DNA from: Nannocystaceae bacterium ST9
Lineage (GTDB): Bacteria; Myxococcota_A; Polyangia; Nannocystales; Nannocystaceae
Direction of reading: 5' to 3'
Assembly: GCA_048320885.1 (NCBI GenBank)
Contig: JBLWFJ010000001.1
Location: forward strand, 5,761,697-5,825,696
DNA length: 64,000 nucleotides
A model generated the notes under the pieces. The model worked only from the letters and a program-made list of their open reading frames with translations. It did no database searches and was not told the DNA's origin. Positions 9,762-19,285 of this stretch are shown piece by piece (the stretch's first letter is position 1; every line of letters begins with the position of its first letter). A program made the position numbers and the translations under genes.

Positions 9762-10670
9762 GTGCCCTCCAAGCTCCATCAAGCCTTCGTCGCGATCCTG
9801 CGTCGGCGCGAGTGTGCCTGCGAGCTCGCCCGCCTCGTCGACGCGCCCGAATTCCCCGCCGAGCGCTGGGCCGAGGTCGAGGCCGAGTTCGCCGATCCCG
9901 ACAACACCGGCAAGCTGCGCCACGCCGATCTCGCGCTGGTCGCCTTCGTCGACGGAGACACCAGCAAGCCGGCGCTCGCGGGTCTGTTGCTCGAGCCCCA
10001 GCTTCACCGCGATCCCGCCAAGCCCTACACCTGGACCTTCTACTGGGCCGCGCTGCGCATTCGGTACTGCTGTCCGGTCTGGGAGATCGTGGTGAGCCCC
10101 GACGAGGGGCTCGTGCAGTGGGCCGAGCGCTCGCTCGACGGCGAGGTCCGCCGGATCCACGTGCTCGGCGGCGATCGGATCCCACCGGTCCTCGATCACG
10201 AACGAGCGCGAGCCAACCTCGCCTGGGCGACCCTGGTGGCGGCGCTGCACGCCGAGGGTCCCCATGCGCTGGCGAGCGCCCGAATCATCATCGACATCTG
10301 CGCTACACTGAGCGCGACCGAGCGCAGGTCGTACATGGAACTGATGGTCGCGGGAATGAGCGAAGAGACCATGAACGAGCTACACACGACGCAACTGCCC
10401 GAAGAGATCGAGTGGGAGCTGACCGAGTACGAGCGCCGGACCGTCGGCTTCGTGCACGGCAAGGCCGAGGGAAAAGCCGAAGGAAAGGCCGAAGGAAAGG
10501 CCGAGGGCCAGCGCGAGGCGCTGCTGAGCGCGATCGAAGCCCGCGGCTTCGCGTTGACCCCGGCCCAGCGCGCCATCGTCGACGCCTCCGACGATCCCCT
10601 CCTGCTCGATCGGTGGCTGCGCCGGCTCTTCCGGGTCGACTCGATCGACGCGCTCTTCGCCGAAGCCTGA
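9762..10670 (+). CDS. Rpn-family (YhgA-like, PD-(D/E)XK) recombination-promoting nuclease / putative transposase-like protein with a C-terminal DUF4351-like tail.
   Basis: 302 aa with strong GC3 bias. The C-terminus (GKAEGKAEGKAEGKAEGQREALLSAIEARGFALTPAQRAIVDASDDPLLLDRWLRRL) matches the DUF4351 pattern of G-K/E repeats followed by ...FG/F-L-P ... LL..W. The N-terminal D...E.Q-type core is DLALVAFVDGD...LLLEPQL. Recalled from family knowledge, not searched. Confidence 0.55.
   Translation: MPSKLHQAFVAILRRRECACELARLVDAPEFPAERWAEVEAEFADPDNTGKLRHADLALVAFVDGDTSKPALAGLLLEPQLHRDPAKPYTWTFYWAALRIRYCCPVWEIVVSPDEGLVQWAERSLDGEVRRIHVLGGDRIPPVLDHERARANLAWATLVAALHAEGPHALASARIIIDICATLSATERRSYMELMVAGMSEETMNELHTTQLPEEIEWELTEYERRTVGFVHGKAEGKAEGKAEGKAEGQREALLSAIEARGFALTPAQRAIVDASDDPLLLDRWLRRLFRVDSIDALFAEA
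10447..10500 (+). repeat. 12-bp in-frame tandem repeat ×4 encoding (GKAE)4 within the Rpn-like gene.
   Basis: Read directly in the sequence. Confidence 0.8.
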
Positions 10671-10673
10671 CCC

Positions 10674-10707
10674 GGAAGATCTGCGGGTCTCGACCCGGCA
10701 GATCTTC
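10674..10707. terminator. Strong GC-rich hairpin GGAAGATCTGCGGGTC-tc-GACCCGGCAGATCTTC between the convergent Rpn-like and cbiX-like genes. It is a likely bidirectional terminator or palindromic element.
   Basis: 15-16 bp near-perfect inverted repeat read directly. It shares the GAAGATyTGCCGG/CCGGCAsATCTTC core with the hairpin at 9692-9724. Confidence 0.55.
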
Positions 10708-10711
10708 ACGC

Positions 10712-11089
10712 TCACCCCGAGAGCCGCCGCAGGCTCGCGGCGACCAGCGCCGCGATCACGCCCTCGTCGTCCCCGAGCGCCCCCTCGATGAGCTCGATCT
10801 CGACCTCCCCGAAGCGCTCGCGCGCAGCCGCGACCGCCTCGGGGATGTCCTGCTTCACGTGTCGCCCACCCGGCGAGAGCAGGGCCGCGATCACCACCAC
10901 CCGTCGATGCCCGAGCCCCGCGAGCCGCTCGATCGCGTCGGCGAGCCCGGGCGAATGCGCGAGGTAGGCGAGCGCCACCCGATCCGCACCAAGCTGCGCC
11001 GCGAGGTGCAGCTCGAGCAACTCCAGCGGCCGGCGCCAGTCGGGATCCGGCGAGCCGTGGGCGATCAACACCAGCGCCGGCGTGCTCAT
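10712..11089 (-). CDS. cbiX: CbiX(small)/SirB-like sirohydrochlorin chelatase (125 aa).
   Basis: Translation MSTPALVLIAHGSPDPDWRR...VVVIAALLSPGGRHVKQDIPEAV has CbiXS-like size and an HGS...motif. It is the only real part of the 1817-aa track ORF. Its ATGA overlaps the serA stop. Confidence 0.65.
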   Translation of the reverse strand: MSTPALVLIAHGSPDPDWRRPLELLELHLAAQLGADRVALAYLAHSPGLADAIERLAGLGHRRVVVIAALLSPGGRHVKQDIPEAVAAARERFGEVEIELIEGALGDDEGVIAALVAASLRRLSG

Positions 11090-12291
11090 CGCGAGCGCAA
11101 GTCGACCGCGAGCACGTTGGCGTCGCGGCGGATCTCGTCGAGCAGCTCGGCGCTGGGCTCGTTCTCCAGCACGATCGTCGCCGACGCGGCCCCCTCGGCG
11201 CCCTTGAACACCACGTTGCTCATCTCCTGCACGTTGATCCGAGCGCGGCGCAGGGCATCGAGCACGCCGGCGAGCACACCGACGCGATCGAGGTGGCGAA
11301 CGACCAGGTTGAAGAGCCCGGTCCGATCGGTGACGAGGTTGACCACGTTGGGCACCGAACCGCGCTCGCCGAACTCCTTGATGATCCGGGCCGTCTCGGC
11401 GGCGATCGCCTCGCTGGCCTGCTCGGTCGAGGCGCCGACGTGCGGGGTCATGTAGATGCCCTCGATCATGCGCAGCGGCAGCTCGAAGTGGGCGGTCCCG
11501 GCATCCGGCTCGCCTTCGAATACGTCGAGACCGGCCCGCACGTGCCCGGCCCGGACGGCCTCGGCCAGGGCGGCGTCGTCGACGACCCCACCGCGCGAGG
11601 TGTGGATCACCAGCGCACCCTTCTTCATCAAGCCGAGCTCGCGCGCGCCGATCAGATGGCGGGTGCTCTCGCGGTAGGGCACGTGCACGCTGATCACGTC
11701 GCAGGCGGACAGCAGCTCGTCGAGGGTGGTAGCGATCTCGATCTTGCGGGCCGCGGCGTACTGCGCGTCGATGAAGGGATCGAACACCGACACGCGCATC
11801 CCGAACGCCCGCGCCCGACTCGCGACTTCGCGACCGATCGCCCCGAACCCGACCAGCCCGAGCCGGCGACCGTACACGCCCTCGGCCTTGCTGTACTTCT
11901 TCTTGTTCCACGAGCCCGCGGCCAACTCGGCCGTCGCCTCGCAGATCCGCCGGTCGAGCGCGAGGATCAGGCCCATCGCCAGCTCGGCGACCGCGATCGC
12001 GTTCTTGCCCGGGCAGTTCGACACGAACACGCCGCGTCGGCTGGCGGCCTCGAGATCGATCGTGTTGACGCCCGCGCCGGCGCGAATGACCAGCGAGAGC
12101 CGATCGGCGGCCGCGAACGCGGCCTCGCGAACCTCGGTCGAGCGCACGACCAGGACCTCGGGGCGCTCCTCGGCGAGCAGGGCAGGCAGCGCGTCGGCGC
12201 TGACGTCGGGGTTGTAGACGACGGGGTGTCCGAGCTGCTCGATGGCGGCCAGACCGGCAGACGAGAACTTGTCGGCGACGAGGATCCGCAT
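11086..12291 (-). CDS. serA: D-3-phosphoglycerate dehydrogenase with a C-terminal ACT domain.
   Basis: 2-hydroxyacid dehydrogenase fold (GLVGFGAIGREVA NAD-binding, catalytic R/E/H) plus a C-terminal ACT-like 80 aa. 401 aa. Confidence 0.9.
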   Translation of the reverse strand: MRILVADKFSSAGLAAIEQLGHPVVYNPDVSADALPALLAEERPEVLVVRSTEVREAAFAAADRLSLVIRAGAGVNTIDLEAASRRGVFVSNCPGKNAIAVAELAMGLILALDRRICEATAELAAGSWNKKKYSKAEGVYGRRLGLVGFGAIGREVASRARAFGMRVSVFDPFIDAQYAAARKIEIATTLDELLSACDVISVHVPYRESTRHLIGARELGLMKKGALVIHTSRGGVVDDAALAEAVRAGHVRAGLDVFEGEPDAGTAHFELPLRMIEGIYMTPHVGASTEQASEAIAAETARIIKEFGERGSVPNVVNLVTDRTGLFNLVVRHLDRVGVLAGVLDALRRARINVQEMSNVVFKGAEGAASATIVLENEPSAELLDEIRRDANVLAVDLRSR

Positions 12292-12412
12292 GAGGCCTAC
12301 TAGGTATCACAGACCGCCGCGCGGGAAGTCGTCGACACCACGAGGCGTCGCACGAGCGAGCATGCGAGCGGGCTTTCGTGCGACTTGCTGGCCAACGCGT
12401 GCGCGGATCGGT

Positions 12413-14593
12413 ATGACCGTGGCGATGCCTCGCCCCCACGGCCGATCCTGGCTGGCCATCTTCGGACCAGGAGTCGGACTGGCAGCCGTGCTCGTGCTGG
12501 CGTTGGCCTGTGGCAGCGGGCGAGGCGGGGCCGATCCGGACTCCCCCGACGGCGCGCCCGAGCACGAGACCACGGGTGCGAAGCCGGCTGCCGAGTCGGA
12601 CGAGGCCGGGCAGCTCAGGGTCGCGGGCGAGCCCGAGCGCGAGCGGCTCGACGCGTTCATGGCTCGCTTCGCTCGCGGGGTCGCCCCTCCGCCCGAGCCC
12701 CCGACACCCGCGCAGGCCGGCAGCTGTCCAGACAGCAAGGGTCGCGACCGCGATCTCGGCATCCTGGTCTCGCCGCTGCACCCTGCCAAGGGCCAAGAGG
12801 TGCGCGTGATCGCGGCGACGCTCGCGGGCGAGGACGCGCTGGCCCTGCGGATCGAGCTCGACGGTCAGCCGGTCGAGTTCGAGGCGGTGCATCGGCGAGG
12901 CGTGCCGGCGGCGACCATCGCTCGGTTCACGCCGAGCGAGGCCGGCAAGTTCGAGGTCGTCGTCGGTCGAGACGGGACCGGCATGCGCTGCACGAGCTTC
13001 AGCGTTCGCAACGGTCGCTACCGCGACGAGGGCCTGGCCGACATGACTCGGGTCTGGCCGACCGAGCGCAACTGGGATCGCCAGGAAGAGGCGCTCTACA
13101 GCGCGTGGCTGCGCGAGCTGTTCGCCGGACCCGCCGATCAGGACCTCGCCTGGAAGTCGCTGACCGAGGTCACCAGCGATCGCGGGCGCAACCTCTTGCA
13201 CGATCACCTCGGGCGCGCCGAGGACGATCCGGTGGTCGGCATGCAGCTCGAGCCCGACTGCGCCGACACGCCCTACTTCCTGCGCGCCTACTTCGCCTAC
13301 AAGCGCGGGCTGCCCTTCGGGTTTCGCAGGTGCTCGCGCGGCAAGGGCAAGCCACCGAGCTGCTTCGATCTGCGGACCAACGAGAGCCCGCCGGATCTCA
13401 AGCCGATCTGGATCGATCCGGTCGCGCCGATCCTCCCGATGCACACGGCGCTGGTCGAGCACTTCTTCCGCAAGACCGTCGGCTGGGGCGTGCACACCGG
13501 CAACGGTCGGACCGCGTTCGGCGACTCGCAGAGCGACCTCTATCCGGTCGCGCTCGATCGCCGCGGGCTGCGACCGGGCATCGTCTACGCCGATCCCTAT
13601 GGACACATCCTGGTGTTGGTCGAGCTGGTCGAGCCGCGTGGTGACAAGCCGGGGATCCTGTTCGCGATCGACGGCCAGCCCGACGCCTCGATCACCCGCA
13701 AGCGCTTCTGGGAGGGCAACTTCTTGTGGAACCAGTCCGACCCGACGCTCGGCGGCAGCGGGTTCAAGGCGTTCCGACCGATCACGCCGGTCGGCGAGGG
13801 CGAGGCGACCACGTGGGTCCAGGCCGGCGACGAGACCCTGGCCAAGCTGCGCGACTATGGCGACGTCTCGATGGAGCAGCGCGAGCTCGCCCCGCTCGAC
13901 TTCTACGATCGCATGGAGCGGCTGATCACGCCGGGCACGCGCAGCCCCTTCGCCGCCCAGGAAGAGGCGGTAGACGCCCTCGCCGAGGCCGTGCGCGTGC
14001 GTGTGACCTCGGTCGGCAACGGCCTCGAGTGGCACGCCGACAATCCCAAGGACGTCGCCGAGATGCCTTGGGGTCACGAGCTGTTCGAGACCAGCGGCGC
14101 TTGGGAGGACTACTCGACGCCGGCCCGCGACTTGCGCTTGCTGATCGCCATGGACGTGGTCCGTGGCTTCGCCGACAAGGTCCGTCGCAACCCCGACGCG
14201 TTCGGGTTGGCGGCCGACCCCGCCCTGCTCGAACAGACCCTGACCTACCTGGTCGAGCAGCGCGACGCGCTGCTGGCCGATCCCGCGCGGGCGGTCGAGT
14301 ACGAGCGCTCCGACGGCAGCCGGTGGACCCTTCGTCTGGACGAGATCCTCGCGCGCTCGGAGGCCTTCGAGGTCGCCTACAACCCGAACGACTGTCCCGA
14401 GCATCGCTGGGGCGCGCCCGAGGGCAGCGACGAGCGCTCGACCTGCCACCGCCGCGCGCCCGAGGACCAGCAAGCGAAGATGCGCGCCTACCGAATATGG
14501 TTCGCCGAGCGCCGTCGTCCCGCCCGAGGCGATGCCGGTCCACCCGTGCCGGAATTGGCCGGTGTCCCGCGGATCGACGACGAGCAAGAGTGA
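12413..14593 (+). CDS. Hypothetical lipoprotein (signal peptide ...LAAVLVLALACGSG lipobox) of about 725 aa. Function unknown.
   Basis: Long ORF with good GC3 and an N-terminal signal plus lipobox. The start is ambiguous: 12413 (MTVAM) or 12362. Confidence 0.55.
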   Translation: MTVAMPRPHGRSWLAIFGPGVGLAAVLVLALACGSGRGGADPDSPDGAPEHETTGAKPAAESDEAGQLRVAGEPERERLDAFMARFARGVAPPPEPPTPAQAGSCPDSKGRDRDLGILVSPLHPAKGQEVRVIAATLAGEDALALRIELDGQPVEFEAVHRRGVPAATIARFTPSEAGKFEVVVGRDGTGMRCTSFSVRNGRYRDEGLADMTRVWPTERNWDRQEEALYSAWLRELFAGPADQDLAWKSLTEVTSDRGRNLLHDHLGRAEDDPVVGMQLEPDCADTPYFLRAYFAYKRGLPFGFRRCSRGKGKPPSCFDLRTNESPPDLKPIWIDPVAPILPMHTALVEHFFRKTVGWGVHTGNGRTAFGDSQSDLYPVALDRRGLRPGIVYADPYGHILVLVELVEPRGDKPGILFAIDGQPDASITRKRFWEGNFLWNQSDPTLGGSGFKAFRPITPVGEGEATTWVQAGDETLAKLRDYGDVSMEQRELAPLDFYDRMERLITPGTRSPFAAQEEAVDALAEAVRVRVTSVGNGLEWHADNPKDVAEMPWGHELFETSGAWEDYSTPARDLRLLIAMDVVRGFADKVRRNPDAFGLAADPALLEQTLTYLVEQRDALLADPARAVEYERSDGSRWTLRLDEILARSEAFEVAYNPNDCPEHRWGAPEGSDERSTCHRRAPEDQQAKMRAYRIWFAERRRPARGDAGPPVPELAGVPRIDDEQE

Positions 14594-14701
14594 GCCTGGC
14601 CAGGGGTCCAGGCGCTGGTTCGAAAGGCCAGCTCGACCGATTCGCAGGTGGGTGGCGAGAGTCGGGGTCGACGGGCCTCGCGTTGGTGTAGACTGATCCG
14701 C

Positions 14702-15046
14702 ATGTCGACGACCCAGGGCGCGAGCGATCCCAGCGAGCGTCGCGACAATCAGCGCTTCGACTACGAGGTCATCGTCCACGTGACGCGTGGCGATCTGTCG
14801 TTTCAATGCGCGAGCGAGGACGTCAGCACCGGCGGCATGCGCTTGCGCCTCGAGGGGGCACCGCCGCGAGTCGGCGAGCGTCTGCGCGTCGAGTTCAAGT
14901 TGCCGCTGCTCGCCGATCCGATCCGTGCCGAGGCCGAGGTCCGCTGGATCGATCGATCGTCGAGCGCCAGCTGTGGCGTGCAGTTCATGACCGGCCTGCG
15001 CGCCCGCGAAGTCTGGGCGATCAATCGCCTGCACGCGCGTCGATAG
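14702..15046 (+). CDS. PilZ-domain (c-di-GMP-binding) protein.
   Basis: RRDNQRF (RxxxR) and DVSTGGMRL (DxSxGG) motifs at PilZ spacing. 114 aa from the ATG at 14702. Confidence 0.7.
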   Translation: MSTTQGASDPSERRDNQRFDYEVIVHVTRGDLSFQCASEDVSTGGMRLRLEGAPPRVGERLRVEFKLPLLADPIRAEAEVRWIDRSSSASCGVQFMTGLRAREVWAINRLHARR

Positions 15047-15091
15047 AGCCGCCCTTGCGGCCCTCGTCGAGTCGCGCGAGGCTGCGGCCCG

Positions 15092-15832
15092 GTGACGCGC
15101 CTCCGAACCCTTGGCGTCGTGCTGGCGCTGGCGAGCCTGGTGCCCGTGCCGGCGTGGGCGAGTCCACCCGAGCCTGCGCGGCCCCACGATCCCGACACCA
15201 TCCACGAGATCCACGCCTACGCGCCCGAGCCGGTCGTCGAAGGTCCGGTCGAAGCGGAGACCGACGCCGAGATCGAGCCCGCGAGCGAAGACGTGGTCGA
15301 GCCGCCGCCGCCCAACATGCCCGCGGGCGAGAGCATTCGGGTGGCGGTCGGGCTCTCGCCCGAAGTGCTCGGCGACAAGACCGAGAAGGCGCTGCTCGAT
15401 CGCCTCGAGGTCTCGGTCCGCGCGTCGAGCAACCCGCGAACCGAGGTCCGGCGGCTGCGAGCCGGGGCGGCCGAGGCTCGCGTGCTCTGTCGCGAAGGTC
15501 GCGACGATCTGATCATCGTGGTCGGCTATCTGCCCGAACGCCCCGAGCCGGTGCTGCTCAGCTACGACTGTCGGATCGACGAAGAGCTCGGCGTGCGTGC
15601 CTCGCTGGCCGCCGACGAAGCCGACCTCGTCGGCGTGCTCTGGGCCGAGCACGCCACGCGCGTGGCCGCGGGCGCACGCGAGCGTCGACGCAACGTGATC
15701 TCGCCCAAGGTCAAGACCGGGCTGATCGCCGGCGCGGCCGTGCTGGTGATCGGCGCGGCGATCACCTTGCTGATCGTCGGCGCGGCCTCGCGCGAGACCG
15801 TGGTGATCAAGGTGAGCCCCGAGAACCCCTGA
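15092..15832 (+). CDS. Hypothetical secreted/membrane-anchored protein with a signal peptide and a C-terminal TM helix.
   Basis: Signal peptide MTRLRTLGVVLALASLVPVPAWA and C-terminal TM GLIAGAAVLVIGAAITLLIVGAA. Good GC3. Confidence 0.5.
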   Translation: MTRLRTLGVVLALASLVPVPAWASPPEPARPHDPDTIHEIHAYAPEPVVEGPVEAETDAEIEPASEDVVEPPPPNMPAGESIRVAVGLSPEVLGDKTEKALLDRLEVSVRASSNPRTEVRRLRAGAAEARVLCREGRDDLIIVVGYLPERPEPVLLSYDCRIDEELGVRASLAADEADLVGVLWAEHATRVAAGARERRRNVISPKVKTGLIAGAAVLVIGAAITLLIVGAASRETVVIKVSPENP

Positions 15833-15842
15833 TCGACGCGGG

Positions 15843-16889
15843 CTACTTCGGCATCTGCCGGATGTACACGTCGGTCTTGGGGTAGGGGATCTCGATGTTG
15901 GCGGCGTTGAGCGAGTCGTAGATCCGCGTGGCGACCTCGTCGATGACGGTATCGCGCAGCCTGTGGACCTCGAGCCAGACCCACGCTTCGAACTCGACGC
16001 CGGAGTCTCCGAGCGCGCGCAGCCGGACGACCGGCGGCATGCTGTCCATGATGTGCGGCGTGTCGGCGAGCCCGGCCCGCACGACCTGACGGACCTGCTC
16101 GAGGTTCGAGCCGTAGGCGACCGAGAACTTGGTCCGCACGCGCTGACGGACGTAGGGGCCGCCACTCTCGTTGAGGACCTGGGCGTTGCCGATCACCGCG
16201 TTGGGCACGTTGATCTCGACGTCGTCGTTGGTCAGGATCCGGGTCGAGCGAATGCCGATGTGGGTGACCTCGCCGCGCAGGTTGCTGTCGAGCACGATCC
16301 AGTCCTTCACCTTGTAGGGACCGTCGGCGAGGATCACGATGCCCGAGATCAAGTTGGCCAGCGTGTCCTTGGCCGCGAAGCCGACCGCGATGCCGACGAT
16401 GCCGGCCGAGGCCAGCCAGCCGGTCAGGTCGATGTTCCAAGCCAGAAACACGAAGTAGCAGCTGGCCGCGATCACCACCGTCTTGAGCGCGATGTCGAAC
16501 ACCGGCAGCGTGCGAGCCTGCAACATCGCGCGCTCGCGAGCCTTGGCCGCCCAGCTCTGTAACAGCAACGTGCCAACCCGGATGATCGCCATCGTCCAGA
16601 TCAGGATCGCCATCGTCCGCAGCAGCGCGTAGACCGGATTGGCGACGCGCTCGGGCAGCTCCAGTACGTGCGCCGACCAGCTCAGGCCGTAGAGCAGCAC
16701 GCTGAGGAAGATCGGCCGGCGGATGATCTCGACGATCGCGTCGTCGAGGTCGGTCTTGGTCTTCGATGCCGCGACCGCGATGGTCTTGGCGATGACGAGC
16801 TCGACCAACCAGGCGCCGACGACCGAGAGCAGCGCGATGCCGAGGGCCACCACGTAGGGGATGGCCAGCAGTTCGTCGATGAACTCCAT
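15843..16889 (-). CDS. Mechanosensitive ion channel, MscS family.
   Basis: N-terminal TM helices plus the conserved MscS pore and beta-domain (GIVGIAVGFAAKDTLANLISGIVIL...PYKVKDWI...GEVTHIGIRSTRILTNDD). Start at MEFIDEL (16889). Confidence 0.85.
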   Translation of the reverse strand: MEFIDELLAIPYVVALGIALLSVVGAWLVELVIAKTIAVAASKTKTDLDDAIVEIIRRPIFLSVLLYGLSWSAHVLELPERVANPVYALLRTMAILIWTMAIIRVGTLLLQSWAAKARERAMLQARTLPVFDIALKTVVIAASCYFVFLAWNIDLTGWLASAGIVGIAVGFAAKDTLANLISGIVILADGPYKVKDWIVLDSNLRGEVTHIGIRSTRILTNDDVEINVPNAVIGNAQVLNESGGPYVRQRVRTKFSVAYGSNLEQVRQVVRAGLADTPHIMDSMPPVVRLRALGDSGVEFEAWVWLEVHRLRDTVIDEVATRIYDSLNAANIEIPYPKTDVYIRQMPK

Positions 16890-17122
16890 ATGCCGGGCGA
16901 TTTGAGCCGGCCGGCGAACTCGACGCAATCCCGAGTCGAGGGTGGGCCCAGGTGGGCCATCACCGAGGGTGCAGGCCCCGCGGAACACCCGCTGCCACGC
17001 GATGCTGGCCGTCTGACAGGCCCCGGGCGTGCGCTCGGGCGTCGAACGAAACCCGGCTTTGCTACCTTCGTAGGGACCCGTCGAGCTTGCGCGACATCGG
17101 GTCGTGCCCAACTTCCTCCGCC

Positions 17123-18142
17123 ATGGTCCCTGCCTCCGCCTCCCGTCTCGCTCGTTCGTGGCCCCGCCTGCTCGGCATGCTGGGGGCGCTGCTGCTGACG
17201 GTGATGCTGGTCGGGCTGGCGCCCGGCAGCGCGCGGGCCGAGGAGGGCACCCCGGTCGGCTGGGCGCTCGACGACGCCAGCCAGACCTTGATCAAGGGCC
17301 GCGCGCTGTTCCGCTACGAGCCCGGTCTCGAGGACGAGACCCGCGAGCTGGCCGACAACCTGCCGCAGTGGTGGTCGGAGATCGAGCGGGTGCTCGGCAG
17401 CGATCTCGACGACAGCGTGATCATCCACGTCGTCAGCCACTCGGGCATGGTCGCGCACGCGACCGACATGCCGGTCTGGGTCTCGGGCGTCGCTCACCCG
17501 CCGCGCGGCGAGATCGCGATCGCCATCCACGACCCCGACGGCTCGCGCTCCGATCTCGACACGCTGCTGCGCCACGAGCTGGTCCATGTCGCGCTGTTTC
17601 GGGCCAGCGAGGGCGCCGAGCTGCCGCGCTGGTTCCACGAGGGCGTGGCCGAGAGCATCGCCAACGAGGTCGATCTGCTGCGCGCCGAGGCGCTGGCCAG
17701 CGCGGTGTTCGGAGTCGGCGTGCCGCCGATCGGCGAGCTCGAGGCCTCGTTCCACGGCGACGCCAAGCAGGCCTCGGTCGCCTACGCGGCCTCGCGCGAC
17801 TTCGCGACCTGGCTGCGCTACCACGACGCCGACGGCTCGCAGTTCCGCCAGCTCTTCAGCCAGCTTCGCATGGGTCGCGGCTTCGAGACCGCGGTCGCCG
17901 ACGCCTACGGCGAGAGCCTCGGCGAGCTCGACGAGCAGTGGCGGGCCGGGCTGCTCGGTCGCTTCATGTGGTTCCCGCTGCTCGGCTCGGGCGAGCTGCC
18001 CTTCTTGTTGCTCGGCCCGGTGATCGGCTACGCGTGGGTCCGTCGGCGTCGCCAGCTCGCGGCCGGTTGGGCGCGGCTCGAGGCCGAAGACGAGGCCGAG
18101 CGCTCGCATCGGCTCGACGTCGGGATGGCGCTGCGGGCCTGA
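17123..18142 (+). CDS. Putative secreted zinc metallopeptidase (HEXXH motif HELVHV), with an N-terminal signal peptide and a C-terminal TM anchor.
   Basis: Signal peptide MVPASASRLARSWPRLLGMLGALLLTVMLVGLAPGSARA, HELVHVALF...FHEGVAE (HEXXH plus a downstream E), and C-terminal TM FMWFPLLGSGELPFLLLGPVIGYAWV. Confidence 0.55.
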   Translation: MVPASASRLARSWPRLLGMLGALLLTVMLVGLAPGSARAEEGTPVGWALDDASQTLIKGRALFRYEPGLEDETRELADNLPQWWSEIERVLGSDLDDSVIIHVVSHSGMVAHATDMPVWVSGVAHPPRGEIAIAIHDPDGSRSDLDTLLRHELVHVALFRASEGAELPRWFHEGVAESIANEVDLLRAEALASAVFGVGVPPIGELEASFHGDAKQASVAYAASRDFATWLRYHDADGSQFRQLFSQLRMGRGFETAVADAYGESLGELDEQWRAGLLGRFMWFPLLGSGELPFLLLGPVIGYAWVRRRRQLAAGWARLEAEDEAERSHRLDVGMALRA

Positions 18143-18160
18143 CTTGCGTGGCGATCGAAC

Positions 18161-19243
18161 TCAGCCGAGCGCGCGCTCGATGACCACGCGCGCCTCGGCC
18201 AGCACGCTGGCCTCCCACTCGGGATCGTCGGGTCCGAACGCCTCGCGCATGGCCGCGTGGATGCCCGGCGCGCGAGGATCGGCGAGGTCGGCCCGGGCCC
18301 ACAGCCAGTGATCGTCGCAGAGCGCCTTCAGCACTCGCGGCGCGGGCAAGGTGCCGAACTCGTGGGCAATCGCGACCAGCGAGCCGACCCGCTCGCCGAG
18401 CTCCTCGCGGACACCGATCAGCAGATCGCCGTGGGTCGGGTAGGCGATCGTGCCGGGCGCGTCGACCGGGACCACCGCGGCGCCCCAGAGTCGCTCGGCC
18501 TCGATCGACTCGCGGCGCGCTCGCGGATCGTCGTGTTCGCGGGCAGCCGCGATCAGCTGGCCGCGCCCGCGCTCACCGAGGCCCGAGTGATGGTCGATCA
18601 GCACGACTCGCTCGCGATCGGCGAGCCGACGAGCGATCGCCCGCATGCGTCGGTTCGACCAGGTCGTCGCCTCGCCGCCGTAGAAGGGCGCGTGGGCGAA
18701 GCGGTACTGACCGCGGGCGACCGCGCCGGGCCCGAGCTCGCCGACCAGCCCGAGCAGGCGCGCGTCGTCGGCCTCGCGAGTCGGACCCTCGAACTCGCTC
18801 GGGACCAGCAGCGCGGCCAAGCGGTCGAAGCCCGGGCTCTCGGGCAAGGGCCGGCCGAAGTCGACGAAGTTGCGGTTGAGATCGACCCCGTCTTCGTTGC
18901 AGCGTCGGCTCCACGCGAAGCCCCAGGGGTTGATCGCGTGGACGACCAGAAGCGCGAACGAGCTGGGCAGCTCGGCGATCAGCGGCGACTCGATCGTCGC
19001 CACGCCGATCCCCGATCCACACCGGCCTTCGATGCCGTGCGTGCCGCTGAGCAGGACCAGGACCGAGCGCGCGTCGCTCGGGCCAAACCATGCCAGGTCG
19101 ACGAAGAGCCGCTCGCCGGAGCGGCCGCGCAGCGGATGTTGAAGGGCTTCGTGCCAGCTCGGCCGCACGCGCTCGAGCGCACCGAGCAGGCGAGCGCGGC
19201 AGCTCGGGTAGTCGGAGCCGAAGGGGCTTGCAGGCACGCCCAC
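18161..19243 (-). CDS. M14-family (succinylglutamate desuccinylase/aspartoacylase-like, DUF2817-type) zinc carboxypeptidase-like protein.
   Basis: VLVLLSGTHGIEG (HxxE zinc motif). About 360 aa, typical of DUF2817. Family assignment is from memory. Confidence 0.55.
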   Translation of the reverse strand: MGVPASPFGSDYPSCRARLLGALERVRPSWHEALQHPLRGRSGERLFVDLAWFGPSDARSVLVLLSGTHGIEGRCGSGIGVATIESPLIAELPSSFALLVVHAINPWGFAWSRRCNEDGVDLNRNFVDFGRPLPESPGFDRLAALLVPSEFEGPTREADDARLLGLVGELGPGAVARGQYRFAHAPFYGGEATTWSNRRMRAIARRLADRERVVLIDHHSGLGERGRGQLIAAAREHDDPRARRESIEAERLWGAAVVPVDAPGTIAYPTHGDLLIGVREELGERVGSLVAIAHEFGTLPAPRVLKALCDDHWLWARADLADPRAPGIHAAMREAFGPDDPEWEASVLAEARVVIERALG

Positions 19244-19285
19244 GACTCTCGCACACCCGCCGCCGCGCTCGCGACGGATGGCGAA

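Noticed and set aside
10712-16165. 1817-aa minus-strand ORF.
   Set aside because: Only the C-terminal 125 aa (cbiX-like, 10712-11089) is coding. Upstream it runs in the serA frame region and then antisense through the lipoprotein, PilZ and hypothetical genes, with an Arg-rich junk translation.
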